From Chromera velia (lineage: Eukaryota): a stretch of 64,000 nt of DNA. The notes beneath the pieces were generated by a model. It was not told the origin of the DNA and ran no database searches. It was given only the letters and a program-made list of their open reading frames with translations. Location of the stretch: contig JAHBMJ010000002.1 in the NCBI GenBank assembly GCA_018398765.1, positions 62,001 to 126,000 of the forward strand, written 5' to 3'. The translations under genes were made by a program, and so were the position numbers. Positions 13,047 through 24,567 of the stretch are shown here, piece after piece (within the stretch, counting starts at the first letter, position 1; every line of letters begins with the position of its first letter).

Positions 13047-14048
13047 ATGGCAGATGACGAGATTGGTTTTTTTGCCGTCCAGTTCAAGACTGACTGTCCC
13101 CATATTCTCGAGCACGTGAATGAGGACTTGCCGGACTACGTGAACATCAACGCGTCCTGCCAGTCATGCGGATTGGTGGGGGAGAACTGGCTGTGCCTCA
13201 AGTGCTTCTCTGTGCACTGCTCCAGGTACAAAAATGCGTGCCACCAAGTGCACGCGATGGACAGTGGACATCACATCGGTAAGAGCTTCGGTGACTTGTC
13301 GATATGGTGTAACCTCTGCGACTCGTACATTAAGAGCCCCATGCTCAGGGGGATCTCCGACCTTGTCTATGAGGCCAAATTCGATAATCGCGACCCGGCT
13401 CTGGCATCCCAGGGTGCAGCTGCCACAACATTTGACGAGATCATCAGACAGCAGCATGCCCCTGCGTCCAGAAGGATCGAGGGCCACACAGACCTGTCTA
13501 CTCTGATCAGAGACGCAGTCGCTGCCGCGTCTCTGAACGCGAACGAGCCTGCGACCCGTCCTGCCTCTGAGGAGGAATTGAGCCTTGTCAAGGAGGAGCT
13601 GTGGAGCCACACAGACACTGTGCTGCTGTCTGCAGAGGCTGCTCGTGAAGCTGCCGGGAGAGTGAAGGAGCAGAATGAAGAACCTCAGGAGGCAAAGAAG
13701 GAAGAGGACAGTGAAGGCTCGGGAGCTGCGGCTGCAGCCGCCGCGTCCTCCTCTTCCTCCTCAGCAGCAGCTGCTGCTTCTCCAGAGGGGGTTGAAAAGG
13801 TGGACGAGATCATTTGCCCGATTTGTTGTGAGAGTTTTGCACTGGGAGAGAGAACTGCCAGACTCCCGTGCCCATGCGTTGTTCCCTTCCACATGTCCTG
13901 TTTGCGTCGCTGGCTGCAGGCCAAGGCGGGGTGTCCGACCTGCCGAGCGGAGCTGTCTGATCTCCTGCAGGCTGCGAAGGACACCGCTGCTGCGGGGAAG
14001 GGAGAGGAGAGCACAGCAGAGGTGGGGGGCAAGGAAGAGGGGTCGTGA
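13047..14048 (+). CDS. Intronless ZnF-UBP (HDAC6-type ubiquitin-binding zinc finger) + C-terminal RING protein, putative E3 ubiquitin ligase
   Basis: N-terminus CPH..CQSC...ENWLCLKCFSVHCSRY..H...H....H....SFGDLSIWCNLCDSY matches ZnF-UBP. C-terminus CPICCESF..RLPCPCVVPFHMSCLRRWL..CPTCR is a RING. The ATG at 13047 is preferred over 12741. Confidence 0.88.
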   Translation: MADDEIGFFAVQFKTDCPHILEHVNEDLPDYVNINASCQSCGLVGENWLCLKCFSVHCSRYKNACHQVHAMDSGHHIGKSFGDLSIWCNLCDSYIKSPMLRGISDLVYEAKFDNRDPALASQGAAATTFDEIIRQQHAPASRRIEGHTDLSTLIRDAVAAASLNANEPATRPASEEELSLVKEELWSHTDTVLLSAEAAREAAGRVKEQNEEPQEAKKEEDSEGSGAAAAAAASSSSSSAAAAASPEGVEKVDEIICPICCESFALGERTARLPCPCVVPFHMSCLRRWLQAKAGCPTCRAELSDLLQAAKDTAAAGKGEESTAEVGGKEEGS

Positions 14049-14607
14049 ATTAAGCACTCGGGTGGTTAGAGGCCTCCGTGGTTTGAGTCCCTGCACGCAT
14101 GAATTAATTGCCATACTGAACCCTCATTTGTTTGTAAATTTCCGGGGAATTGTCAGAGACAGCGCACTGGGCCCCTGTTCCGTACACCCTGGGTCACACT
14201 TCGACTTCGATAAGTCATCAGCTGAGAAGTTGCAGGAGCGGAGTTGATCTTTGACACGCTAAGCCTTGCAAGGAGTGCGTTTTACGCTGAAATACGGATG
14301 GAAGCAGGTTTGTTTCAGGAAAGGGGGTGTTGGGATGGCGGCGGAAGTGTTTAAATGAAGGAGGGCCCTTAGGAAGCGCTAGAAAAAGCTAGAAAAAAGG
14401 GTAGTTTGGACAGTGGCCTATCAATCCACTTTTGGGCTGCTTCCATAATGTATGATTCGCATGACATTCGATCTGTGAGTATTTATATATTTTTTAAGCA
14501 TTTTGTTCTAGATTTTGTTACCCGGGAAAGCAAGTTAGAGAGTTTCAAATTTGGTTTTCAATTAATGTGATTTAGTTGAAATAATATATTATGATATCAT
14601 CTAGTGT

Positions 14608-15500
14608 ATTGATTGATTGATTGATTGATTGATATGTTCCGCCCTAGGGCTTTCCCGCTATGTCTATCTGTCGCCAGAGCTAGCAGGGCGGGGCGTTCCC
14701 CAGCCTAAGCTGAGGTATCAGACCCCACCCTCGGGGCCCGCCAGAGTCTGTTGCCCTGGCCGCTGCTGCATGATTGTTCGTTGTTCAAGCCACGGCTCTG
14801 GATCCGCGTTGGCTTTCCAGCCTGAAAATCGATCTGAAACGGCATGTGATTTGGGCTTCCTCGCTTTTTTTGTTTGCTTTATCAATCTTCTTCTGCGGCT
14901 CCCTCCTTCCCCACCCTAAGGCTCCTTCGGTCGTCTCTAAGTTATCAATTGTCTCCTCATATTTTTTTGTTAGTCTCTCGATCGCCCGCTGCCTTCCGGT
15001 GATTCCTACATGTCTGGCCGCTAGAGCGTCTCCCTCTATGTGTCCATACCATCCTGGACACTCCTCAAACACCCTCCATCTGAATGACGCCCATCCCAAA
15101 AACTCATCCACTCCGGCATGACATTCATTCAACAGAAAACAGAAAAGCGTCGAGTTGTCCCTTTTTCCCTCTTCTCTGTTGAACCCTTCTCTTTCTGTGG
15201 CTGCCTTTCTGGCTTTTTCTTCCATCTTGCTATCCCATTTCTCTTCTATCTTTCTGAACATCTCTGCTCTCTCTCTGTCAAAAACAGGACATTCTGTCAC
15301 CAGATGGATTTCATCTTCCACCACCTCGATTCCCAACCATCCTCAACAGAACTGGCACATCCTTTTCTGTAACGGCACCTTCTCTCCCCCCCTTACCGGA
15401 ATTTTTCCCTAAGTCGTAGCCACAGCCCTGTCTCCCACCCTGCATGCTGCTCTCCTCCTGTGTTCTGATCGCGGCGCCACTCTCGTATAGCAAAAAGGGG
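14608..15500 (-). mobile_element. 5'-truncated, inactivated non-LTR retrotransposon (LINE) 3' end
   Basis: The minus frame reads RMCQFC*GWLGIEVVEDEIHLVTECP, a CxxC..H....C zinc knuckle typical of LINE ORF2 C-termini, with an in-frame TGA at 15343-15345. A GC-rich 3' UTR and an (ATCA)n tail (~14608-14632) follow. The 5' boundary is approximate. Confidence 0.75.
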
Positions 15501-16159
15501 CTCTCCCTATTCTCTCTCTGTCTATTTTCATTGTTGAGCCAACCTTTCTACCTATCATAATTAAATCCTAGCATAGGATAGGATTAATGTCTGGAGGATT
15601 GGCGTCCTACCCCAATGCCGAGCGTTCGACGTGCGGCGTCCAGGAAAAGCGTATACACGCGTCGAACCTTCCTGGCGCCGGCCCGTACAGGCCAAAAAAA
15701 CCTGTGCCGCAAACTGTTTACGTGATAATCAATCAATTACTATCAATCGCATGCGAAAGACTGCAATCAATCAACTCTCACTGACGATGCTGCGGCCCGC
15801 CAATCGACCCGGCGGAGCTCAAACAGGCTTCAAACGGAGGCATCTCAAAATAAACGGTCGATCGATTAGAAGTCAATCTCATTACTTCCCAGTCACTCAA
15901 CCTTTTGGTTTCTTCCTCTTCCTTTGCTTGTTTCATTTGCTGCCATGTTGCTGCATACTCTGCCTGTCTTTTGTTTCTTTCCTTTTCATTTGACCAAAGG
16001 ATTTGGTGGGCTTGGTCCAGCTGTATGCTTAATATATCTTGCATAAATTGTACATCAGTGCAGCATCACTATCATCAGTCTATATAATTTACTCAACTTT
16101 AGATTTAACTTTAGTTTATAAACTTGAAACTTGAAGATAAACTTTATATGTGTTAAAAA

Positions 16160-16612
16160 CCCCCACGTTTCTTGTCCTCTAGCTTGTCGATGTCCTGACG
16201 GAATGTAAAGACACAGAAAGAGAAGTTAGGGAACGAAACAGGCTGAAAGTACTCTACCAAATTGCAATGCAGAAAGCACCCATTGACATAAGAATACAGA
16301 TCGCACAACGCGTTGCAGGTGCAACTGGGAGGGGTACTTCTAATAATGAGAAGAAAAATTTAATGAAGGAAATGATATTGCTCTTATGCACAATCCTGCC
16401 TATAAGCGGTTCTAAAGCGCTAGCCGAGTGTCTCAGGAAGGTTCATCATGTCGATCATGCAAGTTGAGGCGAATCGATCCGATTAGCATGCAGGCTTCCT
16501 CATCCCTCCCCCCTCCATGAATGTGTGCTCTGGGTTATCCTCAAAGCCTTGCTAGTACTTGGGATTTGGCGTCGCTAAATCTGGGATTTAACGCTCAATC
16601 ATCATCATCATC
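16160..16612 (+). mobile_element. Probable second non-LTR element 3' remnant with (ATC)n tail
   Basis: A degenerate VLTECKDTERE.. frame is followed by CTCAAAGC..CTTGGGAT..GTCGCTA..TTAACGCTCAATCATCATCATCATC. A similar terminus recurs at ~25207-25308. Confidence 0.45.
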
Positions 16613-16932
16613 AGTTCTTACCACGTTTTTGAACAGAACTGTCAGAACCTATAGAACAAAACATAGTTAACAATGATAAAATATAAATTTAATTATAATC
16701 TAGATTATACAAATTAATACAATTCTGAATGGTTTAGCTGACAGTTGAACTGCCTGTGGAAAAGCAAACTAGATAACACTAGGGATAACAAGAAATCAGA
16801 TGCAAATGCATACAAACTTCATGCATGAGCTAGGCACCTTTAATTGATTATTGATATACTCCCCTCTACACAGAAAACACAGGCATGTACAGAATTATGT
16901 AGACAAATATGTAGATGAAAACACAAAAAGTC

Positions 16933-17027
16933 TTTCTCTCCCTCTCTCTCTCTCTCACACACACACACATACGTACAAAAACACATACATGCATACATAC
17001 ATACATACATACACACACACACGCACA

Positions 17028-17065
<38 letters not shown>

Positions 17066-17088
17066 AAGAAAGAGGGAGAGAGGGGGGG

Positions 17089-17168
<80 letters not shown>
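16933..17168. repeat. Compound (CT)n/(CA)n/(CATA)n/(GA)n microsatellite
   Basis: Directly visible. Confidence 0.95.
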
Positions 17169-17171
<3 letters not shown>

Positions 17172-17674
17172 GGGGCGGGTGAGGAGAGGCTGTTATGGAA
17201 TTCGACGAACACGCATACTTACACGTATTTGATACAACGTGAACCCGCGCAAAAAAGGAAACAGAGATGAGTTCTCGTTTCCCATGTCACACCCGCGCAT
17301 CAATTGATTGCTCAGTACGGATTGGAGGACGCAGCTTTCGTTAATGAGATCTTAATTATTTCCTTGGAGTATCATATCGACCGTCACTGTGAAGAAGTAG
17401 TCGGTCGTTGAAGGAAGTGCTTCATTACATTGAAACCTATATGATACAACAACCCGTCAGCGATCGAGGACCTGAGAAAATGAATGTGTCGTGAAAAGGA
17501 TGGAATTAAATGAGTGAACTTCAATGAAGACGTGCATGCAGAATTCGAAACGAGAGGTACGTGCAAGTCCTCGTGTCATTCGTCACACCCTGCATGGTCA
17601 GCTTGATGCATCAAACAAGCGCATCGTCATTCTGGAGTTGTCACAGTCCCCCGGAACTGAGTGAAAGGAACTGA

Positions 17675-17678
17675 GGAA

Positions 17679-17711
<33 letters not shown>

Positions 17712-17762
17712 GAAGGAAGGAAGGAAGGAAGGAAGAAAGAAAGAAAGGAAGGAAGGAAGGAA

Positions 17763-17796
<34 letters not shown>

Positions 17797-17960
17797 AAAA
17801 AAAAGAAAGAAAAAAAAAAAAAGAAAGAAAAAAAAAAGAAAGAAAGAGAGAAAGAAAGAAAGAAAGAAAGAAAGGCGAGAAAGAAGAAAGGAAGGAAGGG
17901 AGGAAGTACGCAAGGAAGGCAGCAAGGAAAAAAAGATAAAAAAGAAAGACAGAAAGAAAG
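17675..17960. repeat. (GAAA)n/(GAAG)n microsatellite
   Basis: Directly visible. Confidence 0.95.
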
Positions 17961-18272
17961 ACGTTCATGCATCCTCCCGCTGAAACCTTAAAGTTTGAAC
18001 CTCACATCGGACTCACCACTTGACACAAGCGAAAAAAACTTTTAAGCAGCGTGCTCAAATACTGGCAGCTCCCATCAGACTGCATGGGGCGCACACGATC
18101 CCTGCTGAGATCTCATCCATCAAGACTTCAAGTTGCTTCAAAGCCAATAATTGTGCAATGCACACCCATGCAAAATTGGCAGACACTCCTCTATCGATCT
18201 CCCAAGACTCTCTTCCCCTTGTCCCATGCCTATGCAATACATTCCTTGGATGTTCTATTCTTCACACTCGTC

Positions 18273-20995
18273 TCACTTTCCGGGCAAGCCAAGCAGCTTG
18301 CAAACCTGGTTGCGTTGGTGTGTTTTGAAAAATGCGTCGATGCCTGTCTGTCCTTTGTTGGTGCACCCGAGCTTTTGTTGAGGATCTGCACAACAAATCG
18401 CAGGGTCGGTGAGATCAAAGCTGAGTTCCCCTCCCTTCTCATTCTCCTTCACGGTCGGGGGTGCCCCCTGAAGATCGATAAGCAACTTCCTTCCCGTACG
18501 GTTGTTAGCTGTAACGAAGTGAGAGAAATGGGAGAGTGCTTGAGGGACGTCATCATGCTCCACTTTTCTGCCTCCCTCAAGAGAAAGAGAAGAAGAAGAA
18601 GAAGAGACACTGTTGAAAGATGAGCAAAAAACATCAGACCGGGGGGGGCCCTTCTGCATTCTGTCTCCAATCTGTTCATCCTCAGATTCTTCCCCCCCTC
18701 CCTCCTCTTCTTCAACGATGGGATCCAACTGCATGCCCATCTCGGAAGAAGAAACAACAATGCCGCCAGGACCCTTTTCCGAACACCCAAAAGGGAGGTT
18801 CGGTTTGAATCTGCCCTGTGCTTTCTTTTCGTTCCCCTCCCTCCCCTCCGGTCCGAACATCCTGCGCCTCAGTGCTACCCCCATTTCCACTCCCTTCACC
18901 CACCCGTCATTGTTGTTCCATTTATCCCATGAGCTCAAGAAAGGCTCAACCAACAACCCTCTCCGCTCCCCTCCTCTTTCATCATCAACGAAAGTGTAAA
19001 CGGAGGCGTCAAGAAAATTGACAGTTGGAATACGGAGACTGACGTTTGACGTGCCGATGTTGATGCGACGGATGTGTTCGTTGAACTTTTTCGCGATGCG
19101 CCGCGCATCTGTCAGCAGTTTGCAGTAGATGCCGTGAAACCCCGTCTTCCTATTCTCATCTGAAATCACGCACTTGGATTCTTTGGCGACCATCAAGTCA
19201 CCAACGAAAGTTGGATTTTCACTCGCAGCCCCCTTTACTTCTCGGAAAAAGAAAACAACTCTCTCTCTACCTATGCCAAAAGCGGCACGACGCACAGCAA
19301 ACCCGTCTGCCTCTTCGTGCAGAAAGGGTACAGGTAGAAAGGGGATGCGCCACTCTCGATCGCTGTATCCTTGCGCGAAGGTGAGCGAACGTCGCTGAGG
19401 TCCGGCTTTGTCCCCCCCCACAACCTGCCAGGCCTCGTCTGGGTGTGTCTGTCCCCTCAACCTCTCTGCATCCTCCCTCTCCCTCTGCACATGACGCTTG
19501 ATAAGATCTTGGGGGAGTTGGGAACCGAGGACGACCATCGACGCTCTCGAAAAGACAGACTGAGCGCAAATAGCAGTCATCCATGAGGTGAGTGCGAACA
19601 TTCCCCTGAGGTCTTCTGGGGGAATGTAGTCTGCCTCGCACCCTGCACTCTTGGCAGCCTCTTTCATCTCTTTCAGAACAGAAAAGTCTTGCACACCCGT
19701 CAACCCAACCATCGGCAACACTATGAAACTCAGTCGGTTCCCGTACCCCTTGCACAACTCCCGCACTGCCGCCAGAATTCGATTTCTCACCATGCCAGGT
19801 TTGCCAACATCGCTGGGACGGCCGTCAGAGAAAAAAATGACGGTGAGGGGATAGCTCCCACCGAGTGCTTTGTCTTTCTTCAGCACCTCGGCGGCTTGTC
19901 GCATCCCTGCACGCGTACGTAGAAGCAAGCAGAGAACAGCAAAATGTTTCGCACAAGTCTCAGACAGGTTGACGGTGAAGACCGCATGCGCACGTCTACT
20001 TTCTCCGGGAGCTAGGTGAAGCAACGAAGTCCAGCAAAACCATCAGTCAAATGCCAGCATGTACGCATCTAGTCATTCAACCACCCTGCTACTTGCATAC
20101 CCACTCACCGGCTCACTCGCTCCTCCCTTCCTCCAGCACTCACTCACTCACTCAGTCAATCAGCTACTGACTCACTCATTCACTCGCTCGCTCGCCTACT
20201 CACTCGAAAAGACAATGATCAATCAGTCGGTCAGTCAGTCAGTCGATCGATCAACTAATGAATCAATCAGCCAGCAAGTCACTTAGTCAGATAAGCAATG
20301 ACTGCTTGTCTCTCGCTCTTTTCAAACTGGAATTGTAAAAGGCAAATCTGACCCTCGAGATAGAGTCCGTTTCTCTTCGGTGTTTGCTTGCTTGCCTCCA
20401 CCACCCTATTGAAAAGAACAGGGTCAAGAGGCTGTCTCTCAAAAATGACCGTTGCAGGAGGCTGCGGACCCTCTTGGGAGGCCGAGAAAGTGATCAGAGA
20501 GAAGAGATCTGTCTCCTCGCCGCTCCCTTCAACGATTCTGTCGGCAACGAAATCGGTGGCAACAGTGCGGAACGCTCTCTCCCATCTGTTCTTTGCGTCA
20601 TGCACGTCGCACGTTTTCATGGACGCGCTGGAATCGACGATGAAAACAGTGTGGAAGGTTGCTCTTTCAGGGAATAGACATAGCGCTTCCAAACACTGAA
20701 GGCGCGAAGTCTGCGTTTGTTCATCGATGTAGACGGTGGACAGGGGGGGGAGCTGAAGGTAAGTCGTCACCACAGTTCCGTCAGTCTCAGCCACGACGAT
20801 TTGTTTCTCGTACTCATAAATCAGACGGGTTTTCTTTGGGCCCTTGTGACGTTTGCACGTACCCTTTTCGATGGTCTCTTCCACGGAGCTCTCTGCGATC
20901 CGTCTCTGCAGAAGACGAAGTTCTGCATGCTGGGTTTTCAAAAGGGAGACCGTGGAGAAACGGCCGGAGCCAGTCTGGAAACCGGCTGTATTCAT
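18273..20995 (-). CDS. Two-exon DUF4258-like + vWA + alpha-kinase (eEF2K/MHCK family) fusion; exons 20995-20353 and 19906-18273
   Basis: The vWA domain shows MIDAS VFIVDSSASM, SLITFS and VIFFSDGRPSD. Alpha-kinase motifs are FGIGRERVVF, VAKESK, LVEPFL..WDKWNNNDGW, PQALSHFS, LIDLQG, LTDPAI and GCTNKGQTGIDAFFKTH. A phase-1 GT-AG intron joins LYLEG|MRQA in frame. Confidence 0.87.
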
Positions 20996-21691
20996 TTTGA
21001 GAAGCAGCTGAGCCTATATATGTGCAGGGTGGCTGAAGACAAAAAGACGTTCAAGACGTCTGGAATTCACTCGACTGCGTGCAGAGGAGACGCCGGTTCT
21101 CGAACAGCGACAGAGACAGAGGCACGCTCGGGAAATCGCCACCACCTGTCACAAGCTTCTGTGTGTGAGCTTGCAGTCCCTCAGCCTGTCATGGAAGATT
21201 CAGTGTTTTGCTTCAGCACTCAGTAGGAGCATGTAGGAGCATGTAGGAGCACTCAATTAATATTAATAGTAGAGTCAATACTGGCAGCTGTCAGATCGAC
21301 TCTCTACTGTCAGCTAGCTCAGTCAAACGTTCAGCACTCCGAGCTAAAGTTCTGCATGCATGCACGCTCGCGGGGGCCGGCCCGGCCCCGGCGCGAGCGA
21401 GCGCGGCCTCGGGGCCGCGAGAGCCCGGGTCCAGTTCAACGCAAATTCTTTCTCTTCTCTCCAGCTAAGCTGTCAGAATTTGACTCAGAAAAATTCAGAA
21501 AAACCTCAGGAGGACGCCGCTTGCAGTGACCTGGTCGTGTAAGATGCTGCTTGTCATTAGTCTGGCATTTGCGTGTAAGGTTCACTGAGCGTTGGTCGAT
21601 TCTGGGCTTTCTGAGTCCGTTGCTCTCATTCGATGGTTTCCATCAGAAAAAAACCGTCTCTCCTACTTTTCTGAATCAGTGTGTCACCCCG

Positions 21692-23089
21692 ATGATGCGA
21701 AGGGAAAGAACAGCCGCGAGTCTTGTCCCTGTCCGCAAAGGGCTGAGGACTCTTGCTGAGAGCCTCAGGAAGGTTGCTGGTCTGGTGGAGAATATGGACG
21801 ATCTGCTGGGCGCTGTCAAGTTTTCCGACCCGCCCAAAAGAGATATCTCCCCTCCAGACCTTCTCCATGACAAAACGCCTTCTGTGCTGCTTCCGACGGA
21901 GGCGGCTGCTCTTCACCGACTTACAAAACTGGTAGAGGATATGAGGAGAGGTGTGAGGATGGAGTTGAACACACTCCTGAGTTTGTACTACAGGATGGAT
22001 GTGGAGCCGCTTTTTGCCCTCGCGATGCGCAAAGTGATCCCCTCCTTCCAGACAGTCACGGGCGAGACCCTGCGTCAGGCTCTCGATGCCTTCATGAATA
22101 CAGGGGAGGGGCAGAAGAGGGAAGACCTCGAGCTTCTCCTGAAGGTTGGGGCGGCAGTGGACGCTGTCGTGGAGGTGCCTCAGGGTGAGTCACAGGCAGG
22201 AGTCATAGAAAAAGTTCGAGAGACAGCGTTGGTGAGAGCAGTCAGCTTTGGAAGTCTGGAGGCAGTCAAGATTCTTGTGGGGGCGGGGGCAGTGCTGGAG
22301 CTTCAGGTTTCTGGAGGGATGAGGGCCCTCCATGTTGCTTGCCAGAAGGGCAGATCTGAAGTTGCGAAGTACCTCGTGTGCAGCGGCGCAGAGTTAGAGG
22401 CAAGGAGTGAAAAGGGGGTCACACCGCTCCAGTTTGCCGCCACATCGGGTGCAGTAGATCTGGTCCATTTTCTTCTCACGCAGGGTGCCAACGTGCATGC
22501 CACGGGCGCTTTCGGTCATACCGCTCTCTTTGCAGCAGTAAGGTTTGGCCGAAAAGACGTGGTGCAATTGCTTCTTGACCGCGGGGCAAGAGTGAACGAG
22601 AGGGACCAGTATGGACAGACTCCGCTGTTTTGTACTGCTCGTATTGATTGGGGGTGTTTCAGAGATCTCAGAGACATTGCAGAGTTGCTCATTTCTCGCG
22701 GGGCTGATATTCATGCAAGGGATGAAGAGGGTCGCACAGTCATTCATTTTGCAGCTGGGAGCGGCGCCATGAATGTCTTCAATCTTTTGTTGACGAGAGG
22801 TGCTGACCCCCTTGCAGTAGACGATGTTGCGCGTAGTGCGCTTCACTACGTTGCATTCGTCCTCGATTCAAAAAAGAACGAACGACATCTTTTCGCAAAA
22901 AAGCTGCGTATTGCACGGCGTTTGGTTTCTGTTGGGGTCGACATAGGCGCTGGGGGAGGGGGGATAGGGACAGCACTTGACGTTGCCGAGGAACATCAGC
23001 CTGCAGATTCGCCTGTGTTTGAACTTCTTCGAGTTCTGAATTCAAGATTTGCCTTTCTTTCATCTGTATATATATCCATTCGTGGCTGA
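21692..23089 (+). CDS. Intronless ankyrin-repeat protein with an N-terminal helical domain
   Basis: Ankyrin repeats include ALHVACQKGRSEVAKYLV, TPLQFAATSG, TALFAAVRFG, TPLFCTA, TVIHFAAGSG and SALHYVA. The first in-frame ATG is at 21692. Confidence 0.9.
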   Translation: MMRRERTAASLVPVRKGLRTLAESLRKVAGLVENMDDLLGAVKFSDPPKRDISPPDLLHDKTPSVLLPTEAAALHRLTKLVEDMRRGVRMELNTLLSLYYRMDVEPLFALAMRKVIPSFQTVTGETLRQALDAFMNTGEGQKREDLELLLKVGAAVDAVVEVPQGESQAGVIEKVRETALVRAVSFGSLEAVKILVGAGAVLELQVSGGMRALHVACQKGRSEVAKYLVCSGAELEARSEKGVTPLQFAATSGAVDLVHFLLTQGANVHATGAFGHTALFAAVRFGRKDVVQLLLDRGARVNERDQYGQTPLFCTARIDWGCFRDLRDIAELLISRGADIHARDEEGRTVIHFAAGSGAMNVFNLLLTRGADPLAVDDVARSALHYVAFVLDSKKNERHLFAKKLRIARRLVSVGVDIGAGGGGIGTALDVAEEHQPADSPVFELLRVLNSRFAFLSSVYISIRG

Positions 23090-24096
23090 CTTCCGCCTGT
23101 CCATGATAACGTTTCTTCGTTTCAATCACACTTTATCCCTGTGTGAACGTCTCCTTCCTGGCACTACCCAATTTGTGAGTCAAATGTCAACCCCTCAACG
23201 TCAATTCCTGTGCTTTGTTTGCTCGGTACTGTCTTGTCATTTTGTGCCCTCTATTCCTTACGACCGGTTTCCTTCCTTCTCGTTATCATTCTCGCTACGT
23301 GAGTCGCTAACATTCTCGCTGTGGCTTTTCTTGTTCTGGGCTCTGCTTGAGTGCATGTTGAACTTGATGGGCCGTTGATTTTTCTTTTTTCTGAATTTGC
23401 TGCATGAAAATCCGTGCACCCTTCCCCATGCGAGCCTCAGGGTGTAAGTGTGATTGACGGCGCCGGCTGAGAGAGCTGATGAGGGAGTTTCACAGAGGCG
23501 GCTCAGGCGGGGGAAATTGAAAGGACAATCCATACGTCGACATGTCTCCACGCAAAAAATCAAAACATCATCCATACTATGGATCAACCACACAATAGCA
23601 CACATATATGTAATGCATTATGCATGCTTTACAGGCTAAATTAATTAATGCACAAAAAAAAGATCAGCTGCTGATCTATACAGGCCGGGGTTCACTCCTG
23701 TGCTAGCTCCTGTGCGATGTCACAAAGGGAAATTATCCCCCGGACATACATGCGATCGTATATAGTCGGCCAATATGATTTTGAACCTTAGTTTGAACAA
23801 AAACTTGGACAAAAACCTAGGTTAATACAAGAAAGAAGTTCTAAAACAGGTTACTGTGTCATTTTAACTGTGAGGCGCTAGCTGTGAAAACAGTTTAGCT
23901 AAAAATTTAGGCTTATAGAATATGATAGGATTAATGAAAGTGATAAGTGATTTATTATGTCTGGAGGTATCTAGAGGATTCAGATTGGCCTCCTGCCCTA
24001 ATGCCAAGCGCTCGACGTAATTATTTAGTAACAATTGCACATAATTAAACCACTCGACATACTTTATATTATAATTAAAACGTAAAAGCTCTATAT

Positions 24097-24533
24097 TACA
24101 CTTGGACTTTAAGAGTTACCCGAATAGCACAGTAACTTTAGGGTCCAAGACCCTCTAAAGTTACCATACTTTAGTAACTTTGAGAGTTGCCCTAAAGTTA
24201 CTAAAGTATAGTAGAAAGGTTCTGCTATCATAGTGAAACTAATGTGTACACACTGACAGTTTTTTTCAGTAGTGTGACACTGTTTTAAAATGTTTTCTCT
24301 GCTTCAGACATACAGTAAAATGATTTAAAGCTATGAGTTCAAGAAAATAGACTAATATCATCATGCACTTCAGAGACTTTTTTGAAGTTATTGCATAAGT
24401 CATCGTACGTCACTGTGGTAAAAATCAGTAAAGAATTGAGACCAACTGTGATGTTTAACTGTCATAGACCGATAAAGTCTCATAGACAGACAAACAGACA
24501 GACAGACGTACAGACAGACGTACAGACAGACGT

Positions 24534-24567
<34 letters not shown>

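Noticed and set aside
15781..15830. Hammerhead ribozyme suggested by CTGACGA followed by a hairpin
   Set aside because: The required GAAA core is absent (TCAAAC) and stems I and III are not evident.
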